A DNA stretch of 63,765 nt, counting the filler, from Reticulomyxa filosa (Eukaryota; Protista; Foraminifera): assembly GCA_000512085.1 (NCBI GenBank). It is 14 parts of 14 records of this genome, joined end to end, with 100 filler letters (N's around TTAATTAATTAA, not from the genome) between each part and the next. Parts side by side here need not be neighbours in the genome. Positions count along the whole stretch, not along the records: positions 5,810 to 16,666 come from ASPP01004062.1; positions 16,767 to 20,099 come from ASPP01039370.1; positions 20,200 to 24,617 come from ASPP01019488.1; positions 24,718 to 26,662 come from ASPP01035879.1; positions 26,763 to 33,197 come from ASPP01024001.1; 9 more parts are not named here. One strand, written 5' to 3'. This document shows, one piece after another, positions 14,401-27,259 of the stretch (position 1 is its first letter; every line of letters starts with the position of its first letter). Below the pieces are notes generated by a model. That model was not told where the DNA came from, did no database searches, and saw only the letters and a list, made by a program, of their open reading frames with translations. A program made the position numbers and the translations under genes.

Positions 14401-16298
14401 TTGAGCATTTGCAAAGTTTCATTCCAGCTAGCCATCATTGGAGAGATGAACATTATCCAACTCCATTATCCCAAGCACGATTCTCTCTTACAAATGCCTC
14501 CAATGCTTTGGCCTCGGACATGCCAATGTTATCTATCGTCAGTCCAAATTTCCAATCGCCTATTAGTGCAGATGCAATCCATCCTATTCGTCAACCCTCA
14601 TTTTTGCCATCTGTGCAAGAGTCCAATCTGCAGTCCACTTCCAAAGGCGCCGCCAAAGAGTCTGCACTTTTGCCTTTGTATCGACTTTCTGCAAATTCAA
14701 TTCGAAGGCCTTCTTATTTTGAATGGGACGTCGTCGACGACGAAAAAAAGTCCAAGGCCTTTGTTTCAAATGCCACAGCCAATGTCTCTCAAACCACAAA
14801 TACGACGAAACAAGACCAACTCGTTACGAGTAATTCCGAACCTTTGACAGAAATACTAACGTCGAAAGAAGACAAAAAAGCAAACCTTCCTCAGCCCGAG
14901 TCGGTCGACACGATCTACAGCAATTTGCCACAAGCCTTTCCGTCCATACGATTGCACATCCCTTTATGGCATTTGTGTTCTCAAGTCCCATCTTTGGGAA
15001 AACAGCGACGAAGTCTAAGCAATTCCTATCGCTTTTACAGTAAAATCATCTCTTTTAAAGAAAATGAACCTGCAAGTGCAAAGGCGAGACATACAATGGA
15101 ACATAAGGAGTCACACGAAGATGATAAAAAAGTTATGTCAACCAATATTAATACAAATACAAATGTAAATACAAATGCAAATGCAAATGCAAATGCAAAT
15201 GCAAATGCAAATGCAATTGTGGAAGATAAACACAATGGCAATGAAAAACCTCTCAAAGAGATACGCAATCATGCATTTTTAGTATTGGAATCACATCCCT
15301 ATCTACCGTTATACACAAGCAGCAGTAGCAAAGGTGAAATATTTTTGTGGCATTTTATGTACGAAGATCCATTGGCCACATTCACGACGCCGAAATCGGC
15401 ACCTAGGGAAAATATCAGCACATCCCATCACACAAGTGCCAATGGCAGTGGTAGCACTTCGGAAAATCATACATCCAAACGAACGAGTAATCCCGCCAAA
15501 GTTGATTACATAACCTCATTGCGTTTTAATGATTTTGGCAATAAACTTGCAGGAATGTCCCATAGTGGAGATGTGTATTTGTGGCATTTCAATGTCCCCA
15601 GAAATATTAATCGTCGAGAATTTCGAGCATATTATGTTCATCACTGTCATGACAAAGCAGGGAAAGATGTTGCATTTGTGAAAGGTGCATCTCTCATTGC
15701 CACAGCAGGTGATACTTCGATTAATACAAATGTCAGAATCATTGATATTTTATTCAATGATCCCCAACGATCCATTGTTCGCTCTTATATTTGTTATGAA
15801 GGTAGTGGAGCCAATTGTGTTGAAAATTGTCCTGATTTGGGCTGCGTCGCCACAGGTGGACATAGAGGAACCTTTATGCTCTTTGATCCTCGTACTTCAA
15901 CTCCTGCACTTAAGTGGGAACATGGCACATCTCGTATTTTGAAATTGAAATACTTTGAACCAACACATGAACTTTTAGCTGGATCATTGGAAGGCACTGT
16001 CAATGTATGGGATATGAGATATTTCAAAACACTGAAATCTCAAAACTTACAACATCCACATATTGATACTACTGTCCAAGCCACATCTCATTTTGAAAGT
16101 GCATTAGTAAATGAATGGAATCTCTTTTCTAAAAAAACGTTTTTAAATCATCCGTCTGGAGTAGGTATCGGCTTGGGGTGGCCTATGGCATTCATTGGCC
16201 TTACGGATTGCATATGGACGCCTCAAGGAGATATTTTATGCACTGGATCAGATGGAACAGTAAAATTTATGAAAAGACAACCCAATATTAAAATGTGA
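8466..16298 (+). CDS. DMXL: Rabconnectin-3/DmX-like (Rav1) WD40 protein, V-ATPase assembly regulator
   Basis: Rav1p_C-like segment (MGIGYWY..LAQDVYKKSKNPSDCLLWY..CKDF..ARSNA..AFWLLCG..NDPHLAFLIAR) and DMXL-type C-terminal WD40s (LESHPYLPLY..LWHF; TGSDGTVK). Exon 1 is 8466-8573, the intron is 8574-8651, then one 7.6-kb exon. Confidence 0.88.
9269..9317 (+). repeat. Coding hexamer microsatellite (AATAGC)n, Asn-Ser repeat
   Basis: Seen directly. A similar (AATGCA)n Asn-Ala repeat lies at ~15173-15214 in the same gene. Confidence 0.9.
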
Positions 16299-16766
16299 TC
16301 TTGAAAATTTTAAGAACATTGTTGACCATTGATTAGTTATCCATCATTATTCATCAAAATCGATTTTCATTGCAGATTTGTTTAATCTTATGATTTACGA
16401 ATTATTTCGAGGGCCTTTTTTAATTAGTTTTCAGTTGATATAGACACAAAAAAAGTGATGAAAAAAGATACAAGTTTTTATTATTAATATAACTTCAAAA
16501 TACTTGTTGAATCAAAATTAGTGTTTAATTATCCATAGAGCAAATTTTTGAAAAAAAGTTATTTTGGATGAAAAAAGTTACAACTGATAAATTGTCATAA
16601 TGGTTTTTTGACAGTAGTATAAAATCTAAGAAAATGTAACTCGTAGACGGAGGGGAACTCAAATAANNNNNNNNNNNNNNNNNNNNNNNNNNNNNNNNNN
16701 NNNNNNNNNNTTAATTAATTAANNNNNNNNNNNNNNNNNNNNNNNNNNNNNNNNNNNNNNNNNNNN

Positions 16767-16871
16767 TTTCGTTGGATCCAGTTTTTCGTTTTCTTTTTTT
16801 TTGTTACTTTCTTCTTCTTTTACTTCTGAGGTTTCATTTGCAAGTATTTTCTCAGGATACTTCTCTTCCAT
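16767..16871 (-). CDS. Possible 5' start of a gene running off the contig end
   Basis: ATG-initiated open frame MEEKYPEKILANETSEVKEEESNKKKENEKLDPTK reaching the linker. Confidence 0.3.
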
Positions 16872-18499
16872 TTGTTTTGAAATTGATATTTTTCACTCTG
16901 CTTTGATGGATAAAGTTAGAAGGGGAACGCTAAGGTTTTTAAAATTTTTTTAGAGTTTTTTTGAGTAAAAGACGCTATTACATTGGATTCATTTTATAGT
17001 CTCAATTGTAAAAAATTTTTTTATTTAGAAGTTTATCTTATTATTTGTGTTGATTGCAAGAGGAAAACGTATTTGACTTTGTTTTGTCGATTGTACTGGT
17101 ATTGATTGATTAACTTGTTTCTACAATTTCAGTATTTCTACAACTAATTTTTTTTGAAGCTTCTCAAGAAAACATTCTTGATGTACATATAATTCAGCAA
17201 GTATAGATATGCTACTGTTTTGTGTGACATATTGGTGGACGACAAACAAAAAACTCTACATGAACATCAATTCCTTCATTGAAAAACATCTCCGCACAAA
17301 GTTCAATGTCTTCACCAATTCGTTCCTATGCCCGTCTGTCAATGATGACACGGACTTTGATAACAAGTCTGTATTTCTTTACTCACTGAGCCTCAAGGTT
17401 GTGTTTCTTGGTAATATTCTCGTAACTTCAAAGGTACTAACTGCTACTTCGCTTTATTCAACTAACTGGCTCTTTCTTACCACAAATCCTATTGCTAGCT
17501 ACACTTTCTTGCTGTATGTCCTGTTTCAGATCTTTCTGAGCCAAAACATACTAGTAAATCCTTAAATATCACAAGTGAAGTCTGACAATCCAAATGAAGA
17601 AATTAGCCATTGTACAGAGTGCACACAATACTCTTTTCCATTACCAAATCACAATGAATGGCATTGAAAAGATAGAAATAATTGACGATGCAAAAAAACA
17701 AAAACAGAAGATATCTTCAAAATAAAGTGAATTTTACCGTATGTCAAAAAACGATAGTGATTGTATCATATGTAAGTATATTACATAATTTAATACTTGT
17801 TTATAGTTTTATTTATCAAGGTCGTGCTTCCAGCTGAAAAGAGTTATTCAATTTGAGATCTGCTATTTACTTGAAAAAAATTGAAATTGTGATTTTTTTT
17901 TGACAAATCAAATTTAATTTGTTCAAATCATTTTTCTTTAATTCTTTCACACCAACAATACAATTTGTCTCAGATATCTGCAACGTTCACTTCAAACAAA
18001 TTTTTTCTCTACCTCAAGTAATTGCATCGATCTTATGTTCGGTAGTGATACAATTCTTATTCTCAGATAAAAGATAATGTTGTGTTTTGAAAAAAACAAA
18101 ATCAATTATTTTAATTTTATTTACAAATTTTTTGGTGGCACAGAATCGAGAGTAGTTGCTACTTTATTTTCTTGTCCATGTTCACCACGGTCAAGAGAAA
18201 AGATCTTTTTTTTTTTGCAATGTCAAGGTTTATCGAATTGTGTCTTATGTTTTGTTTTTCCTCCAACGAGAAAAAAAAAATACAAATTATCTGATATTTT
18301 GTGTACGTGACAAAACAGTCCTTTTTTTCTTTGAGTGAGACAAATATTATCCACAAACGCATGTCTGGATTTGAAGATGAGGCAGAATATCAAAAAAAAT
18401 TTTATTTAGAAAATGACATTGATTTGCTGATGCTGAGATTTTTCATTTTCCATTGTGACAGTAATTGCTTCTTGTTCCTTGTTGCTTTCATTGAAAGTT

Positions 18500-18945
18500 A
18501 CATTCGCTTCTTCTGTCATATTCATCGATGAACTTTCCCAACCAATTTTGTATAAGGTCTTTTTTTGGTTCCCTTTTTTTTTTTTTTGAGCGGAAAGACG
18601 CAATATTGAATTGTGAATGTATTATATGTAGATGCAAATAAAAAAAGAAGTTTGTGCTTCTTTGGCCAATCAATCAATAGGGCCACCATGAATTCGAGGT
18701 TTTTCTTTTGGCTAAAAAAGGCACAACCCTTTTTGATTAAATACTGGGCTGTCTTTGAATTAGAAATCAAATTTCGATTTCCGGTGAATCCGTACGGTTT
18801 GCCTCGTAAAGTGGCACCGAAACTTAGGCCTTCTTGCATTAGTTGTACTTTCAAGTCTTTGTTAACCACATCTGCTAAATCTATCTTCACAAAGATGTTC
18901 TTTTTATCTTTGGCAACAGCAAAATCATTCTCAGAATTTTTTATG
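18500..18945 (-). pseudogene. Decayed p23/Sba1-like CS-domain co-chaperone
   Basis: NIFVKIDLADVVNKDLKVQLMQEGLSFGATLRGKPYGF, then in shifted frames NSWWPY* and W(L)GKFIDEYD (compare p23 WPRL and DWxKWxDEDE). Frameshifts and a stop are present. Confidence 0.5.
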
Positions 18946-19257
18946 GCCCTTCTCCCCTTTTTTCAAAATCTAGTTTCACCTGAAAAAAAAATTCTTTATG
19001 ACCACAAAAGGACAAGAATACAAGTTATCGTGCAAAAATGTAAAAAAAATTTGAATTATTTTTTTAATTATGAAAACTTGCGCTTTTTAATAAAATATTG
19101 ATAATAAACACTGTAGTTTTGAAAAAAAAAAAATTCCATTTGAAATTTCTTAGCTTGCTGAAGAAAAGACCATGTTCCCTTTATTCACAGAAAAAGCACA
19201 ACGTCATAAAATTTGGAACTAGTTATGATCGTTGTTTCTGTTCGTGTAGGCAAAGAG

Positions 19258-19566
19258 TGAACTCAACGCAAAAAAAGTAATCGACGAAGTGATTGCATCA
19301 GCACCCGTTGTAGGGTTTATAAAAATGTATCGCCCATACTGCACTCGTGTGAAAAGTTTATTACAAACAAAAGCAGAAAAGACACACCTTCGAATTTTGA
19401 ATTGGACAAGGACTTGTCATCATCCGAGGTATCCAAAATACATGACTATTTGAAGAATTTGACTGGCCAAGGAACTATTTATTTGCAAGTCTTCCATTGG
19501 GAGATGCGATGACGCATATAAATTTAATGGCAGCAATAAGCTGGCAGGACTGATTGATCAGTTGAG
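19258..19566 (+). pseudogene. Glutaredoxin pseudogene
   Basis: LNAKKVIDEVIASAPVVGFIKMYRPYCTRVKSLL (CPYC changed to RPYC), then frameshifted LKNLTGQGT and IG.CDD..KL segments. Confidence 0.75.
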
Positions 19567-22500
19567 ATTTTTTTTTTTTTTTTGAAAAGTTGTCTATAAA
19601 TGTGTCAGGTTTTTTTTATTGGTACGTATTTAAAAAAAAATAGAGCAAAGAAAGACTTTGGTGCAAAAAACAAGACCGACAGCTGACTAATCTTGGAAAC
19701 CAAAAAAACATTGACCAGATCAAAATTGTGAGATGTAATATCTTTTTGTTGTTTGAATTTTTTTCTTGTAATCATTGCACAAATTTTAAGAATCATTATA
19801 AGTTTGATTCTCACTGACCTTAACTGCCTCTTACTTTTTGTAGTTTGTAGTTTACAAAACTAAGAGGCTAAGCTGATGAGGTAATTTACCAACAACAATA
19901 ATTAGTCAAGCAATTAATCCAATTTTATTTTTGTTTTTTCCTTTTAGCTTTGGAGGACTATTACAAACTCATTATTTTGAATTTGAGTAAGTATGTCCAC
20001 AAAATAAGCTTTTTCAAAAAAAAAAAGAAAATTGATTAATACTTTCGATTCTAAAAGCATTTTCTAAAACTTTTTTTTACCATTTGACGTCTTTCCGTTN
20101 NNNNNNNNNNNNNNNNNNNNNNNNNNNNNNNNNNNNNNNNNNNTTAATTAATTAANNNNNNNNNNNNNNNNNNNNNNNNNNNNNNNNNNNNNNNNNNNNC
20201 CGGGTTTTTAAAAACCCGGAATTCAAACCCTTTCGGTTCCAACAATCAAAAGAAATTACAATTGAACAAACAAACAATATTTGAGTCAAGTATCAATACT
20301 TGCAATCGGATATGCCATAAACTTGGCATTATTTGACTTCGTCCTTGCTTGTTGCACCACAACTACCACTTTCCAATGTTCGATTGATGTGTGTTGTATT
20401 CGTTGAGACCTGTTATATACATTTGTATCCATATATACATGTTTTAAGTTTTTTCCAATCACATTATAAAAAAATATTATAACTTGGAATACAGGTTGCG
20501 AAGCTCACCACTTTCATCAGCCATGACACATTACGCGGACATGGACCTTTACTTTTTTTCCAATTATACGTTATTCAAAGGATACATCATGTTCCATAAT
20601 CGATGCACCGTGTTGTTATCATTACCATTTTTGCCGGGGATTCACTTCAGCATCAACGACAACATTAACAGCAACTTGATCATTTCCATTCGCACATCTT
20701 TGAAGGCCTATTTAAAAAGTTCAAGCAACATATAACACACATAAATAATAAATATACGTTATAAAATGTCTTATGTTAAATATGTACACATTAAACAAAA
20801 ACTTTTTCAGGTAATGGACTAATCACGAATTATAGTGTCAGGTAGCAGGAAAGAGATAGACTCATAAATTATCAACAAAATACTTTGGAACTCTTATGTT
20901 GCGTTGATCTCAATGATAATGCTTCCATCAATCATCCTGTTATTTGGAACAATTGAACTATGACTTGGGGGAAGCTATTATCACTGAAGATTCTTCTCCA
21001 AGAGTTACCATGTCTTGAGTGGCGGTCTTATCAATGACAGACCATTTCACTTTTGAAATTCGAGTGATCCTGTTTTTGATAACCAAACAATTCGTTTATA
21101 TCCCAGCGACGGCATTTTTGAGATGAGAGAGAAGATAGTGGCTCGACTGTTGACATGGAATATTGCACTCAGCAGGATCCAGCGCCATCAACACATCGCA
21201 AATATCTAACCTTTTGTTTTGTTCGGCAAATGATGGAGCGACTTTTGAATCATCGATCCATTTATCGATTGACACTACTTGTTGCTTTTGTAATAAATAG
21301 GGTACAGCATTGCCTCTCTTCCGCGACACCAACAGCAGTGGATCAAATATCGGCGCACACAACACCAGTCAATTGTATTCCAGTAATTGACAAATGAGTA
21401 GAATGTACATGGACTGAGTTATCGTTGTCGTCATTACCATTGAACTACGCTTGATATTGTCACACCGTCCAGTGGCTTCTATTGAGGAAGTATAATATGT
21501 GAAATCAGTCCATGTTAAGATTTGCAAAGTCGCTACTGTGTGAAGAACCATTCCTAATCAAAGTAAGTCGACAGATTGTCTTTTTTTTTAAAAAAAAACA
21601 AATCCAACGACGGTATGGCCTTGGAGTCATCTTCTTATTTGGCAATGTCTTGATTTGACCATGTGATAGTGGCCTACTCGACACCATATGTGGTTATTTT
21701 CTATAACGAGCATTTTCTTTTTCTTTGTCTTCAATTTCTTCAATCCATCTAGTCGTGATGTCGATATCTTTTTTTTTTTGCGCCAACTTTTTCTGGATTT
21801 GATGCTGCCCAACAGGAAGCTTACCAAAAAGAAATATTATCTTCGATTGAACTGGGAACAATTTTTTTCAACTATTCCAATGCTATCTTATGATGGACAA
21901 TTTCTAAATACGACACTCATCTACTCTGTCGCCCTTGTAATGATGGACATGTCTTGGCGTTGGATAATGGTCGCATTAAAAATTTCTGTATCCATCATTA
22001 TGCACTCGACAATATTTGAATTGGCGATTCAATGATGGAGGATGCCATTCATATTTTCTTTTTCAATATTCGTTCTTGAGTGCCATGGTTCAACGATTTT
22101 TGAATACGACAAAGTCACTGTGCGATTCACAATTTAAAGACCACATCGATTCGAATCCAACTAAACTTGACGACTTGCACTTTATTATTCTCTAAGTAAT
22201 GTGATAATGGAACGAGTACAAAGTATTGCGTCGCATCCAACACGTCGTCTGTAGTTCACAGTCGATCTGGAGACAATCACTTCAAGAGCCAAATGCATTG
22301 CACCTGTCGAATAAGCGCTGATGATCTTTGCCAAACTTAGCCAGGAAATACAAACATTTCTATCTAATATCCTTTCACCATCATTAATGCTTGTGTCACT
22401 AGCGATCTCATCAGCAGCGCACGGATGACTAAAAAGCCAAATTGCGGATATACGTACAACTACGGCCAGTTTCAACACGATTAGTTAGCATCATTTCGAT

Positions 22501-22599
22501 AACAAGCGGGTTTCGCTTGTTCGTTGAAATCTGTAAATCGCAGTTCGACGTCTTCTTTGAGAATAATTGTAACCATGTTAATCAAATCTGGAGATATTT

Positions 22600-23760
22600 T
22601 TTTAAAAAAAACCAGACCAAACGCGATATCGATATTTTCTTTTCATCATCATCCTCCTCCTACTCACATTACTATTCTTGACTGCCAACATATTGACGGA
22701 GTTTCGCACAACCCCTCCACCAAATTGAACCAATCTAACATGGAATGTTCTCCCAGCGCGATGGTTTTCTTGATTGTCGGAGTATGTATTTACCAACGAC
22801 TTTCACGCTCTTTTTTCATCGATTTCCACCTCTTTTCCGCCGCCGTTGCGACATCACCTTTTCTACTTTGCGTGTATCAAACTCTTTTTTTTTTGTTCTT
22901 CTTGGTTAGCTTTCTTTCGTCATCTGGCACCAAGATCCAACTTTCCGGAATGATCTGAGTAAATTTTGTCCAATTGTTCCAAGAAGCAGATGGACTTCGC
23001 ACTTGAAAAAAATAGCCTCCATTGTAATGGTAGACACACTTGCGCGGGCGTTTCCAGTACATCACATGTTCCTATTTGCGATTTAGTGAAGTAGTGAGTA
23101 CTGTTCTTTTTTTTTTCATTCTCGAGCGTATTCGTGCGAATGATTACTATAATTAGCTTATGCACGACCAAAACCCAAGTTGCGAATATGCGTATGCGTT
23201 TCGATACGAGTATTTTGCTCCATTTTTATAACAACAAAACTTTTCTTGTCGTTGGGACACTTAAATCGCAGGTCGACGCCATATTTGAAGGTTAGCTTGT
23301 CACTGCGACAGAGACTTGTGTGTTCCTATGTTGATTGCCAAGTCCGTTCCAATCGTTCGGGTTACCACTTCTAGAGTTTTCCACACTTATTCGTTATCTT
23401 TGACTGGTGCGTTCTATGTGACGTAGTGCATGTCTGTGAATACTTATGTCTTCACTTGTGGGCGTAAAGAGCAAGTACATAACAACAGTCAAAAATAGGC
23501 GACTAGTCTTAACAGGTCCACGCGATTTCCTTTCTTTTCTTTATCTTCATCCTTCTCCTCGGTTCGTCTTCTTGCTTCCAATGTTTCGACTGAGTTTCGC
23601 AAAACTCATCCACTAAATTGAACCAATATCACCTTGAACGTTCTCCAAATGGGCGGCTTTCTCGATTGCGTTGATTAAGCATTTTTTGATAGCTTCCACT
23701 CTTTTCCTTCATCGACTTCCACTTCTTCTGCCGCCGTTGGGATATTACTTGTGATACATA
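22600..23760 (-). pseudogene. Decayed remnant of an internally repeated protein gene
   Basis: Two diverged ~160-bp direct repeats (~22698-22860 and ~23591-23750) translate on the minus strand to related peptides (RTFHVRLVQFGGGVVRNSV / WRTFKVILVQFSG*VLRNSV). Many stops. Confidence 0.45.
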
Positions 23761-24264
23761 ACAACTACGGCCCAATATTCAAAGTTGCGCATATGCGCAC
23801 ATACACTATCCTTTGCTTCTTCTTTTTTCTTCTTTTTTTCATTCTTTCTTCACCCCCCTTTCCACTTACACTTTTTTCATCTTTCTTTCATTTTTTCTTT
23901 TTTTATATCTTTTTCTTTTTTTTTTTCTCTTTTAGTCTTTTTTTTCCATTTTCAAATTGCCATTTTTTTATTTTCTTTTTCTTTTTTCAACATCTTTCTT
24001 TTTTATTTTTTTTTCATTTTCTCATTATTTTTCATTTTTTTTAAATAAAAATTTATCTATTTTTTTCCTTTTCATTTTTCACTTTTTTTTCCAATTTTTT
24101 CAATTTTTTTCCAAATTTTTCCCCACCATTTTCCCAACCCTTTTCCAATCTCTTTTTCCCTATCCCTCTTCAATAGAAATAAAAATAAAAAAAAAAACTT
24201 CAACTTCGTTTTGCTTTTGACTCCTATTGCACACCACAAATCAAAGTTTTTTCATTTAACAAAA

Positions 24265-24545
24265 AAAACATACTTTTGCCTTGGAGCTCTAAGCTCAATT
24301 ACAATTTCCTATAATTGTTCTTTTGCACGGGGAGTGGAGGGAGGACAAACACGTTTTTTTTTTGGGGGGCATGCCTATTCAAACGCAAACATACATTTTA
24401 TTAAAAAATAAAAATAATAATAAAATATAAAAACCTTTGGATTTTTTTTTGCACACGGAGGTGGCTTCAACCCCGAGGTTTTTCTTTGGAGGGAGGGTAC
24501 GTATACATTTTTTATTTTTTTTGGAAAGAGGGCTGCAGCTGTAAT
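24265..24545 (+). repeat. Dispersed non-coding repeat, copy A
   Basis: Colinear blocks are shared with the reverse complement of 56022-56317, including identical GGGGCATGCCTATT and GGTGGCTTCAACCCCGA. Confidence 0.85.
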
Positions 24546-24847
24546 GCAAAAAATACATAATGTTATTATATCAAAAAAGAAAATTAAAAAAATGAAAATA
24601 GATTTAACAAACCATGANNNNNNNNNNNNNNNNNNNNNNNNNNNNNNNNNNNNNNNNNNNNTTAATTAATTAANNNNNNNNNNNNNNNNNNNNNNNNNNN
24701 NNNNNNNNNNNNNNNNNTATACATAATGTACATGTACACATGCCTATGTTGTATTGTAATCCCTTTTTTTTTTCCGGTTTTTATTTGTTGAATTGCATGT
24801 CGATTTTTGACAGCTTAAAAAAAAAACAATTGTTGATTTTTTTGCAG

Positions 24848-25940
24848 GTGTGATCAAGTACATTGAGAAAGACGATCGGTTAGGCATTGGGTTGGATGAA
24901 TTTAATATGAAGGATCACAATGACAACAACTTTACCACCAAAGAGGGTCATGGCTTATTTGTCACAAGGAGGGGGGGGGCAATTGTCAAACGACAACCAC
25001 AGCGAAGAGTTACTTGAGCCTATTGCAAATGGTAGCAATGGAAGATTTGAAGGACCAAGGTAACAAACACTGAAAAGTTTTTGTTTTATTTTGAAAAGAA
25101 GAGAAGGGAAATGTGAACGTAGGATGTATTGACAAGACAATCTTATTTGATGATTGAATGAATGAAAAAAAAAAAAAGATATTTTGAATGCAAACTGCGG
25201 CGATGTGAGACTCAATAGTGAAAACATGTGCAGAAGTGGCTGAAGCAGAAACTGCCCGAAACAATCCCTGATAGATCTACAAATAAGAACCTCCTTCGAA
25301 TTATCAGTCGACAGTTAGACCGGGCGTGGTGATTACCGAAGACACAAATACGCAAGATGATGAGTTTGAATTGAATCGCCACTTTATCGCTATCAGCAAA
25401 GATGAAGAAAAAGTTGAATCACAACTAGTTATTGATGTGGGCAGCATTATCGTGTTGAAGAATAGATTTGAAGAAGGAGTTGCGATCTTTTTTTTGATGA
25501 CACATTATTTTGTAAGAACATTTTAGATTGAAATAAAAAGAAAAAACAAAATAATGCAATTGTTTTGGGTTTCAGATTGTCAGATACTGTGGCAGAAAGG
25601 TGAACAGTTTGTCGGTGTGAAACTTAACGAATGAGACGAAAATGCGAGAGATGGGTCGAAAAATCGAAAGCGGTACTTTCGTTGCAGAACCGGACAAGGA
25701 CTCAAAAAGACGTTAGCAAGATTTTGAAGGTATCTTCCAAGCTAAAAATATTTGGACCTGAATCGTCTGTTAAACGAAGAGTACCATCTGCGAATGTGCA
25801 GCAACATCGGCATGGAAGAGCGACTCAAGATTTTGAAAGAAAAAGAGAATGAGCCGCAAAAGGAGGAATTGAGTAAAATGGTTGAAAAATTGCAAGTGAA
25901 TGATTGTGTTGAAATAGCTGTAGGAAGAACAGGTTTATTT
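24848..25940 (+). pseudogene. Decayed multi-CAP-Gly-domain protein
   Basis: GVIKYI..RLGIGLDE..FTTKEGHGLFV; DVGSIIVLK..G/IVRYCG..FVGVKLNE*; LQVNDCVEIAVGRTG. Stops and frameshifts are present. Confidence 0.6.
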
Positions 25941-26803
25941 TAATTATCATTTATCATTTATCACTTATAATTTTCTTTTGTTTATTCGAATGAACAAATG
26001 ACATAAAAAAATATTTATACATGTATATGAAAGGAACCGATAGAAATCAAGTTGGATAAAATACGGACAACTCACACAACAATATGAATGTCTCTCTTCC
26101 TCCTTTTCATCACAGTGTTCACATGGAACTTTGATCAATGTGCTGAAACACTGCGTCATTTCAAATAAATTGGTTTTGAAAGTTTAAATATATGTGTGTT
26201 TGATCCATATTCCTGATTATGCATTGTTTATTTGTTGGTGAAAAAGTTTATAGATACGAGTTCTTCTGAAAAAAATATTGATCACCGAGAAAAATTGATT
26301 ATATAGAAGAAATAGTGATGGTAAATAAACCTCTAGGGGGATGAATGTGCATTTGTCTGAAAGCAATAACAAGTATCAAGACAATGCATTGGCATTAGGA
26401 ACAGCAGACGTAAATGTTGCTTCTACACATGAATGTACTCAATCTCACAGTGACACCCGAATTAATCCATCGTATGGACTGTTAAGCGAGCAGATTGATA
26501 GTGTTGATAAATCTTAACACAACAATCTCACGCGTAGGGAGTGTCTTAATCTCTGTCACGACTCCTTCACACCACCTCAATACACCGCAAAATTCGTTAC
26601 AGTATTGTGTATGATTATAATGAAGAAATGTATAAAAAATATATTATCCACCACTAACCAATNNNNNNNNNNNNNNNNNNNNNNNNNNNNNNNNNNNNNN
26701 NNNNNNTTAATTAATTAANNNNNNNNNNNNNNNNNNNNNNNNNNNNNNNNNNNNNNNNNNNNTAGATTTTTGTGACATACGAAACCTTATTCTTGTATAA
26801 AAC

Positions 26804-26938
26804 AAAAATTAAGTTTGAACTAACTTCCTTGACAAAAACAAAATAAAAAAAAATATGTTCGCCGGCACCTTGTGCCGGCGAATATATTTTGTTTTATTTT
26901 CTGTTTTTCCCAAGGAAGTTAGTTCAAACTTAATTTTT
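26804..26938. repeat. 135-nt foldback (long inverted repeat), MITE-like or hairpin RNA
   Basis: Perfect 28-bp arms at 26804-26831 and 26911-26938, plus an inner stem TTCGCCGGCAC-ctt-GTGCCGGCGAA. Confidence 0.92.
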
Positions 26939-27259
26939 TATATGTTATTTTAAAATGATTTATTTGATTGATTTTTTATTTTATTTAGAATGTTACGTCT
27001 TTTTTAATTTTGAGATTTATTACTTTCATATTACTTTACATTATTTGACAAAAATGTACCGTGTATTGCGTTGTTTTATTTATAAAGTTGTGTTGTGGTA
27101 AGGTGCATTAGTTTTTTTTAGTTTATTATTATGTCATGCATTTTCTTTTTTGAAGAAGAAATTTAAAGCATCGTTAAAAATTGAATTAGGTAATTAAAAA
27201 TTAAATTTGTGTGGATTTATAATTTTGACAAACTTATTATTAATTATTGGTGTTTAAAA

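Noticed and set aside
8835-16027. Many antisense and alternate-frame ORFs inside DMXL (also inside the PH and CSB genes)
   Set aside because: They are shadow ORFs of GC-richer coding DNA with no recognisable motifs.
23751-24220. Phe-rich ORFs as membrane proteins
   Set aside because: They are translations of T-rich low-complexity DNA.
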